DNA of 44,120 nt, from sequence record DRR723986_6702; one strand, 5' to 3'. The notes beneath the pieces were generated by a model. The model was given only the letters and a program-made list of their open reading frames with translations. It searched no databases and was not told where the DNA came from. Positions 37,168-44,120 of the stretch are shown here, piece after piece (the stretch's first letter is position 1; each line of letters opens with the position of its first letter). Both the position numbers and the translations under genes were made by a program.

Positions 37168-38291
37168 TAGCCTAAAACTTCTGTGATTGCTTGATTATAA
37201 AGCTTGACCTCTTCGATGGTACCAGTAGAAACTCTACACCAGTCATTTAATGGTTCGAAAGGTCTACCGATGATAAAGCCTCTGTCATACATCGTTTTAT
37301 TTAATTCTTTGATATCTCTACCTGAATGGAAAAAGATGAAATTGGTATGGGAATCTAAATAGGGAAGTTTCAATTCATCTAAAGTTTGGGTAAGCAGAGC
37401 TTTTGCTTCATTGGCTTTTTGGATAGAGAATTGGTAAAAATCCTTATCGAGGAGCGCTGCCTTACTCGCCTCAATTGCCATAATATTTGTATTGGCAACC
37501 ACACGGTCAGAAAGCAATTTGGCCAACTCAGGTTTTGCAATCAAATAACCCATTCTTATTCCCGCTAAACCGTAGACTTTTGAAAAAGTACGGGAAACAA
37601 CTATATCATACCCCTGCTTTACCAACTCAACCATTGAAGGGTAATTCGGTTCTGAAATGTAATCGTAATATGCTTCATCAGAGAAGACCACGGCTTGTTT
37701 ACTGACAGTCTTACAAAAATCAACCACCTGATCTCCAGGAAGCAATTTACCAGTTGGGTTATTAGGATTACAGAGAAAAACCATCTTGGTTTTATAGGAA
37801 ACGCGCTTTTCTATTTCATCTAAATCAAAGTCTAAATCCTTATTCAACGGCACCCAATTGATATCTGTACCCCAAAGCTCAGCATAACTCATCATTGATA
37901 AAAAAGTAGGTGAACATGAGATAATTTCTCCGCCACCCCCGAAAGTAATCCCGGCAATCTTCAATCCCTCAGTAGAACCTGCTACTAACACAATGTGGTC
38001 TTCAGGAACCCCTTCTTTTTCGGATATCATTTTGACTAAGTCAGCATTGAATCCCCATGGATATCGGCATCCATTATCAAACCCTTTCGTCATTGCATTT
38101 CGCATAGATTCAGAAGGCCCATATGGGTTCTCATTAGAACCTAGGCGTATGATTGAATCAACTGGTCTAGGATTATATTTTCTGATTTCCTCTGCAGAAA
38201 GAGAACCAAATAGTCCAGTCGATCCTAATGCAGCTAAGCCACTACCAAAAGAGGCTTTTTTTATCCATGATCTTCTTGATATTCCTGACAC
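37167..38291 (-). CDS. PLP-dependent aminotransferase class I/II (HisC-like) with twin-arginine signal peptide
   Basis: ISRRSWIK plus hydrophobic stretch; LGSNENPYGP, LCNPNNPTG, DEAY, SRTFSKVYGLAGIRMGY. Confidence 0.9.
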   Translation of the reverse strand: MSGISRRSWIKKASFGSGLAALGSTGLFGSLSAEEIRKYNPRPVDSIIRLGSNENPYGPSESMRNAMTKGFDNGCRYPWGFNADLVKMISEKEGVPEDHIVLVAGSTEGLKIAGITFGGGGEIISCSPTFLSMMSYAELWGTDINWVPLNKDLDFDLDEIEKRVSYKTKMVFLCNPNNPTGKLLPGDQVVDFCKTVSKQAVVFSDEAYYDYISEPNYPSMVELVKQGYDIVVSRTFSKVYGLAGIRMGYLIAKPELAKLLSDRVVANTNIMAIEASKAALLDKDFYQFSIQKANEAKALLTQTLDELKLPYLDSHTNFIFFHSGRDIKELNKTMYDRGFIIGRPFEPLNDWCRVSTGTIEEVKLYNQAITEVLG

Positions 38292-38489
38292 GATTTCACC
38301 ATTTAATTGTTAAAATAATAATGTATTACCACACGTATTAAAATATTTTCATCATTAAAGTATTTTTATTAATAATAGCATATTTGGTAAAAATAGACTC
38401 ACATAAAATTATCTATTATTATTTGTTTGTGGCTCAAAATATTTATTTAAATTATACAAAAGCAAAATTAACCCTAAACCCAAATATTC

Positions 38490-39281
38490 ATGAAAAAGCT
38501 ATTACTTTTCTTCGTCTGTGGGATGCTTTGGGTAAGTAGTCTCAAGGCTCAACAAACACAATATATGGTATTCGAATTTGTCAAGGTGGAAAACGATCAA
38601 CTCTTTGACTATATCGAATTTAAAGATTTAATGGAAAAAGTTTATCGCCAGGCTCTTAGCGACAAAAGGATAAAAGGCTGGGACTTCTGGTCTTTGCAAT
38701 CCGGTGGAGATCACTCAGATTTCCAATACATTATGGTCACCTATTACGATGATCCTGTGAAAATGATGAATGGACTAGATGAACATTCTATGATGGAATA
38801 TACCAGAATAGCTTATCCACATTTAAGTAATATTCAAGTAAGTAATTTGTTTCAGGAATCTCTCAGCATGCGTGATATGCCAATGAGGCTCTACATGAGA
38901 GAAATAGCAAAGACAAACGATAATTTCCAGATGAAACCCGGCGTCTTAGCCTCTTTTGATTTGATGAAAGCAAAGGAAGGTAACTTCGAGACGTATGAGG
39001 TAGCAGAATCAGAGATTTTCAAGCCTATACATCAGAAATTTGTAGAGCAGGGTTTAATGGGGCATTGGAGTTTACTCAGGACCGCACTCCCGCTAGGGTC
39101 AGAAGCTAAATCAACTCACTTGACAATGAATGTATACAAAGATTATATGCAGTTTTTTAATGCTCAATCCTATGAGGATATGACTCAAACAGAAGAACAA
39201 AGAATAGCTGTAAATGAAGGGTTAAATTCTAGAGATCAGAAGTGGGTTTATCTAGCAACATTAGAAAACGTAGTTCGATAG
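38490..39281 (+). CDS. Exported hypothetical protein with two internal repeats
   Basis: Signal peptide ending LKA-Q; the two halves share a F.(F/L)(V/M)K......Y.......W.......(Y/H)....Y.D pattern. Confidence 0.75.
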   Translation: MKKLLLFFVCGMLWVSSLKAQQTQYMVFEFVKVENDQLFDYIEFKDLMEKVYRQALSDKRIKGWDFWSLQSGGDHSDFQYIMVTYYDDPVKMMNGLDEHSMMEYTRIAYPHLSNIQVSNLFQESLSMRDMPMRLYMREIAKTNDNFQMKPGVLASFDLMKAKEGNFETYEVAESEIFKPIHQKFVEQGLMGHWSLLRTALPLGSEAKSTHLTMNVYKDYMQFFNAQSYEDMTQTEEQRIAVNEGLNSRDQKWVYLATLENVVR

Positions 39282-39301
39282 TCCGGTTGTAACTTACGTC
39301 T

Positions 39302-39329
39302 GGAGGCTTTGAAAAAAGCCTCCTTTTTT
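39302..39329 (+). terminator. Intrinsic terminator
   Basis: GGAGGCTTT-GAAA-AAAGCCTCC followed by a T tract, 20 nt after the stop at 39281. Confidence 0.85.
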
Positions 39330-39392
39330 ATTGCTAATAAAACAACGTTGTATGTAAACAGCAGATCCTAATATCATAACATATACACTATT

Positions 39393-40577
39393 TTATTCAA
39401 TTCCCTTTTGACTAGCATAAAACCTAAAGAGCAAAAGACCCGAAACAGGACCTATAACTAGCAGTGCAAGCGCCACATCAATTCTTAACCAATTTAGGAG
39501 GTATTCAGCTAATTGAATGCTAATAACCGAGAGTGCAAAACCCAATGAGTTGACAAGGGTAAGTGCTGTACCTCTATATTCTGCTGGTACGCTTTGAGCT
39601 ACTAAGGTCGAAAACTGTGGTGAATCAGCTGTGATGAATATACCCCAAATTAAAAGCAAAGCTATCCAAATCCAGCTTGGTAATCCAGCGGCAAAAAGCA
39701 CCAAAATGCAGCATACTCCAGATCCAACTAGTGCTAGTTGAGCTACCCTTGAACTTCCGATTCGATTTGAAACCATACCTCCAAGCGCACAAGAAAATGC
39801 ACCTGCTGCTATTACAAAAAAGGAGAGCAAACTGTCATTTGCTTGCATTGTGTCATTTCCCCTAAAAAAAACAATCAGTACAGGCACAAATGCCCAGAAA
39901 GTATAGAGCTCCCACATATGGCCAAAATACCCAGAAGCTGCACTATTTAATGCTTTGATTTTAGAAAGCTTTGGTAAAATGCGAATATCAAATTGAGGAT
40001 TAATTTTATGAAAAGGACCTTCTGGAACAAAAAAACCAACTATTCCGCCGCCCAACAATGCTAGCACGGAGGTAAATAAAAGTACATGTTGCCAAGAAAA
40101 ATTCAAGTCTAGACCTTTCAACAGATGAGGAAATGCAGTTCCCAAAACCAGAGCTCCCACCAGAAAACCTAGGGCTGCCCCCAACCCTTTTTGAAAGTAA
40201 TCTGCAGCGATTTTCATTCCTACAGGGTATATCCCTGCTAGAAAAAACCCAACCATAAAGCGACAAATAAGCACAACCGTCAGTTGCATTGGCAGAACCA
40301 CAATCAATAAATTAAAGCTGGCTGCCAGCACGGAGCTTACTAGAAACACCCTACTTGGAGAAAAGCGATCTGGAATAGAAAAAATTGCAAATAGTAAAGT
40401 ACCCAAGATAAATCCCAGCTGTACCACAGAAGTGATGGTTGCTAAAATTTCAGGTATTCCAAGGATAAGGCTGATTTCAGGCGCAACAGCATTTCCTGCA
40501 AACCAAAGCGAAGTGCCTAGAAATTGAGCAAAAACGATCAATATCAAAGCACTTCGAGATGTTAACCGGGACTTCAA
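39393..40577 (-). CDS. MFS transporter
   Basis: About 12 TM helices; SLWFAGNAV, VQLGFILGT, GIYPVGMK, GYFGHMWELY, ADSPQFS. Confidence 0.9.
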   Translation of the reverse strand: MKSRLTSRSALILIVFAQFLGTSLWFAGNAVAPEISLILGIPEILATITSVVQLGFILGTLLFAIFSIPDRFSPSRVFLVSSVLAASFNLLIVVLPMQLTVVLICRFMVGFFLAGIYPVGMKIAADYFQKGLGAALGFLVGALVLGTAFPHLLKGLDLNFSWQHVLLFTSVLALLGGGIVGFFVPEGPFHKINPQFDIRILPKLSKIKALNSAASGYFGHMWELYTFWAFVPVLIVFFRGNDTMQANDSLLSFFVIAAGAFSCALGGMVSNRIGSSRVAQLALVGSGVCCILVLFAAGLPSWIWIALLLIWGIFITADSPQFSTLVAQSVPAEYRGTALTLVNSLGFALSVISIQLAEYLLNWLRIDVALALLVIGPVSGLLLFRFYASQKGIE

Positions 40578-41593
40578 GCTCCTAAGATTCCACGGATAGA
40601 AGTCACTTCTTCTGGACTGAAAGAAGAATTCTTAACCGCTGAGACATTATCATCTAATTGCTCAGGCTTAGATACCCCAACCAAAACAGAGGTGATTCTT
40701 TGATCTTTGAGTAACCATGCAATAGCCATTTGAGCCAGCGTTTGTCCCCTATTAATCGCAATATCATTCAGTTTAGAAATCATGGAGATTTTCTCCTCAG
40801 AAATCTGCGCTGCTTTTAGATATCTACCATCTTTAGCAGCACGGGAATCCTCAGGGATACCTTTGAGATATTTATCCGTAAGAAGCCCTTGCTCTAGAGG
40901 TGAGAATGCAATACTCCCTACTCCTTTTTCACCCAAAACATCCATCAACCCATTTTCAACCCAGCGATCAATCATAGAATACCTTGGCTGATGAATTAAA
41001 AGTGGAGTTCCAAGTCTTTCCAAAATCTCATAAGCTCTTGCTGTTTCTTCTGCAGAATATTGAGAAATACCTACATAAAGCGCCTTTCCTTGTCTTACCA
41101 AAAGGTCAAGTGCACCCATGGTTTCTTCAAGTGGCGTATCTGGATCCGGTCTATGGTGGTAGAAAATATCTACATAGTCCAACCCCATGCGCCTCAAGCT
41201 TTGATCACAGCTGGCCACCAAATATTTTTTAGAGCCAAAGTTACCATAGGGACCTGGCCACATATCCCAGCCAGCTTTTGATGATATTACCAATTCATCT
41301 CTTAAGGATGAAAAGTCTTTTTTCATGATTCTACCGAAATTTTCCTCAGCAGATCCAAATGGAGGCCCATAATTATTAGCCAAATCAAAGTGACAAATTC
41401 CAAGATCAAATGCTCTTCGAAGAATGGAACGACCAAGTGTAAAGTCTGCATTATGCCCGAAATTATGCCACAGGCCTAGGCTGATTTCTGGTAATACTAA
41501 GCCACTATTTCCGCATCTACGATATTTCATCTGATGATAACGGTCGGCTGCAGGTTGGTAAGGTAAAAGCGGGGAATGATCGTTTATATCCAT
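40574..41593 (-). CDS. L-glyceraldehyde 3-phosphate reductase (YghZ/MgrA-type aldo/keto reductase); likely start ATG 41593
   Basis: SLGLWHNFG, HFDLANNYGPP.GSAE.NFG, ISSKAGWDMWPGPYG, YHHRPDP.TP.EET, LIHQPRYS. Confidence 0.92.
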   Translation of the reverse strand: MDINDHSPLLPYQPAADRYHQMKYRRCGNSGLVLPEISLGLWHNFGHNADFTLGRSILRRAFDLGICHFDLANNYGPPFGSAEENFGRIMKKDFSSLRDELVISSKAGWDMWPGPYGNFGSKKYLVASCDQSLRRMGLDYVDIFYHHRPDPDTPLEETMGALDLLVRQGKALYVGISQYSAEETARAYEILERLGTPLLIHQPRYSMIDRWVENGLMDVLGEKGVGSIAFSPLEQGLLTDKYLKGIPEDSRAAKDGRYLKAAQISEEKISMISKLNDIAINRGQTLAQMAIAWLLKDQRITSVLVGVSKPEQLDDNVSAVKNSSFSPEEVTSIRGILGA

Positions 41594-41615
41594 TATTCCT
41601 GGTTTTATTGTTTGA

Positions 41616-42950
41616 TTAAGCAAACCAAAATAGAGCGATAAAAACTGAAATCAAACCTAACGCCATAAGAAGTAGCCAACTTTTCCATAAGTAGCTGATC
41701 CAGCTATTGTATTTAATTCCTGCCGCAGCTACCACAGCCATCATACCTCCATTTGTAGGCGCAATTAGATCCATCACTCCAGCCGGATACTGATACGTCA
41801 GAACAGCTATTTGCCGGGAAACGCCCAACAAATCCATGAGTGGTACCGCAAGAGGTGTAGTCAAAACGGCCTGTCCGGAGGTACTAGGAACAGGTAGATG
41901 TATGAGTGCTTGGCTCAGATACAAGCCCAACGCTGCAATTTGTGTTGGCATGGATTCCAGTGGTTGAAACATACCTTGAATAATAGGGTCAATAATCGAA
42001 GTATTTTGCAAAATCAAATAAACACTTCGCGCTAAACCTACAATCACTCCTGCAAAAATCATTTCACCGAACCCTGCTGTGTAAGCTCTGGCGGTACCGT
42101 TGATTCCCATTTTGCCAATAAGACCACAACTTATCCCAACTATAAAAAACAAAGCACTCATTTCATTGTAACCCCAATCTTTGTAGACAATCCCCCAAGC
42201 CATAACTACTACACCTCCAGAAGCTAAAAAGAGAATCATTGAATGCTGCAAAGATATTTTTGCAGGCTTTAACTCAATAGCCTCTTCGGAGGGAGTTTTG
42301 AGTTTGCCATACTTGATGTGATAACCACACCAAATCAAAATTGCTAAAATGAGAAAAATCATTCGATAGGCAAATCCCTCATTGAAATCGAGTTCAGCTA
42401 TCGTTTGGGACAGTAAGGACCCAAAAGGATTTACTGGAGAAAAACTGGCTCCTACTAGCGCAGAACCAAGTGCTATGGCCACAATCGCCCTCACATCATA
42501 ATTGATTTTCTTAGCGAGAAGAATTAAAATTGGAGCTAAAGCAATGAGTTCCTCCTGCATCGCAATGGTAGCTCCGCAAAAGGCAAAAATTAACCCAATT
42601 ATATACAGTAACAAATACTGCCTATTCCTGAATTGATAAATCAGCGCAGTAATTCCCTCCTGAAGCGCCCCAGTCTTTTCTATCACATAAAAAGCGCCTC
42701 CAATCAGCAAGATCAAGACTACAACATCTGCACCAAGGATGATTCCTTCTGGTATCGAAAGTGCGATATCGTAAATACTCGCATTTCGATCTTCAATACT
42801 ATGAAAACTACCGGGTACAATTATTTCTCTTCCAGACTCCAGATCTAAAACCCGTTCGTAGCTTCCTGATTGAATAAAGTAGCTTGATAATGCTGCTAGA
42901 ATAATAAAACCTAGGAGAATGATGATGGGGTGTGGAAAAGATAGTTTCAT
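41616..42950 (-). CDS. YfcC family transporter
   Basis: FPHP..IL, LLIGGAF.VIEKTGA, SPVNPF, VPSTSGQAVLT.P, AP.NG. Confidence 0.85.
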   Translation of the reverse strand: MKLSFPHPIIILLGFIILAALSSYFIQSGSYERVLDLESGREIIVPGSFHSIEDRNASIYDIALSIPEGIILGADVVVLILLIGGAFYVIEKTGALQEGITALIYQFRNRQYLLLYIIGLIFAFCGATIAMQEELIALAPILILLAKKINYDVRAIVAIALGSALVGASFSPVNPFGSLLSQTIAELDFNEGFAYRMIFLILAILIWCGYHIKYGKLKTPSEEAIELKPAKISLQHSMILFLASGGVVVMAWGIVYKDWGYNEMSALFFIVGISCGLIGKMGINGTARAYTAGFGEMIFAGVIVGLARSVYLILQNTSIIDPIIQGMFQPLESMPTQIAALGLYLSQALIHLPVPSTSGQAVLTTPLAVPLMDLLGVSRQIAVLTYQYPAGVMDLIAPTNGGMMAVVAAAGIKYNSWISYLWKSWLLLMALGLISVFIALFWFA

Positions 42951-44068
42951 GGAGAAAGGTATGAGATGACTTGATTCGCGATTTCAATTCTGAAATCAGA
43001 TTTATCACGGGAGTTTGCAAATAAAAAAATGGCCGTTTTTGTTTCTTTAGAATAAAACAAAAGACTGGAATAACCCGCTTGGCCCCCAAAATGTCCTATC
43101 CATTCACTTCCATTGATTTGCGTTTTCTGAAAACCCAAGGGTACGTCTTCGTCTTCAATTATAAGCCAGTCAAGAGCTTTTTGATAGGCACCATTTTCAC
43201 CCCTAAGTAGTTGAACCATTGCCATACTCATATCCTTGGTTGTAGTGACCAAACCTGAGGATGGTGAAGGAAGTACGGGGAAGATAATCCTTTTTGGCTC
43301 AATTCTTTTCCAGATGAAGGTCTTCTGATAACCAGTTAGACCTTTCTCTTTCATTGGCCATTCACTCACAAATTCAGAGTTTGTCATCCCGGAAGGCTCA
43401 AACACATGAGTTTTCACAAATGAATCCAAATCAGTAGCATCATTAGCTGTGAGCAAAAAACCTAATAAGTCGTAATTAGAATCTGCATAATTATAGTTGC
43501 TAGAATCAGAATGATAGGTCGCCAGATTCGCGATAAATTCTACCCCCCACTCATTTAAATTTTGGGATTTTGAAAAAGAAAGAATTTTCTCAGAAAAGGT
43601 TTTATCTCGGATACCAGACTGATGAGATAAAAGATGATCTATTCGAATACTGCCGAGAGGTGAGAAATTTAGACTTGGCCCCAATTCTATAGCATATAAA
43701 GAATCAGAAGGCCGGATTCCTCTATCCTGAAATGAACTCGCGACGCTTAAGGCAATAAAGATTTTAGATATGGAAGCAACTAAAACCCTACTGTCCACAG
43801 TAAGGGAATCCTTTGTTTCCAGATTTTCAAAACCGAAAGCATTCAGGTAAATAACCTTGCCATCTTTGACTATTGCGCCAGATATACTAGGCAGCAAATA
43901 GGTCAACATCGCTGACTTTAAAATCGAATCTACTCCATCTTGGACGGTATTTACCTGCGTATTTGGTATTACTCGGACTTTAGGGAAGCTATGCCACCAT
44001 TCCCAAGCAATAAATAGAGCAGCCCAGAAAACCAAAACAGATAATAAAACTTTGATTTTCTTGGTCAT
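42947..44068 (-). CDS. Serine hydrolase (beta-lactamase/PBP-like family), membrane-anchored; likely start ATG 44068
   Basis: ASISK (SxxK), LLSHQSGI, YNYADSNY.LLG, GHFGG. Confidence 0.85.
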   Translation of the reverse strand: MTKKIKVLLSVLVFWAALFIAWEWWHSFPKVRVIPNTQVNTVQDGVDSILKSAMLTYLLPSISGAIVKDGKVIYLNAFGFENLETKDSLTVDSRVLVASISKIFIALSVASSFQDRGIRPSDSLYAIELGPSLNFSPLGSIRIDHLLSHQSGIRDKTFSEKILSFSKSQNLNEWGVEFIANLATYHSDSSNYNYADSNYDLLGFLLTANDATDLDSFVKTHVFEPSGMTNSEFVSEWPMKEKGLTGYQKTFIWKRIEPKRIIFPVLPSPSSGLVTTTKDMSMAMVQLLRGENGAYQKALDWLIIEDEDVPLGFQKTQINGSEWIGHFGGQAGYSSLLFYSKETKTAIFLFANSRDKSDFRIEIANQVISYLSP

Positions 44069-44120
44069 AGTAAAAAGAACTTTCAATCGATAAAGATTTG
44101 TAATCTTTAATTTTCCATGG

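Noticed and set aside
42947-44068. Acquired beta-lactam resistance gene
   Set aside because: Only generic serine-hydrolase motifs are present, the YxN motif is altered, and there is no mobile-element context.

Overview
This 44-kb window looks like a mostly ordinary chromosomal segment of a Bacteroidota bacterium, probably Cyclobacteriaceae/Algoriphagus-like. That is inferred from the gene content, TAnnTTTG promoter elements and signal peptides ending before Gln. It carries about 32 CDS: trpS, a stand-alone fabF, topA, sixA, trkA/trkH, rmuC, an Lhr-type helicase, a DEDDh+GIY-YIG nuclease, a 7TM-DISM hybrid kinase, a TonB receptor/lipoprotein pair behind a Zur/Fur-like palindrome, and several transporters and oxidoreductases. 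The ORF track misses a large secreted metallophosphoesterase with 79-aa repeats that runs off the left edge (2760 to <1, minus strand). The trpS-fabF intergenic region holds a cluster of REP/REPIN-like palindromes. The most unusual feature is a two-gene module at 33663-36610. The first gene encodes a 679-aa protein with about 11 tandem 29-aa helical repeats and a C-terminal DUF4157/eCIS-core-like HExxH domain. The second, 8 nt downstream, encodes a stand-alone 299-aa clan CD (caspase/CHAT/gingipain-like) His-Cys protease. The first protein has a caspase-like DETD|G site just before an amphipathic helix, so this is a candidate protease-activated conflict or effector system. No rRNA, tRNA, CRISPR array, integrase or transposase was seen. 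All calls come from reading the sequence by eye; no database searches were run.
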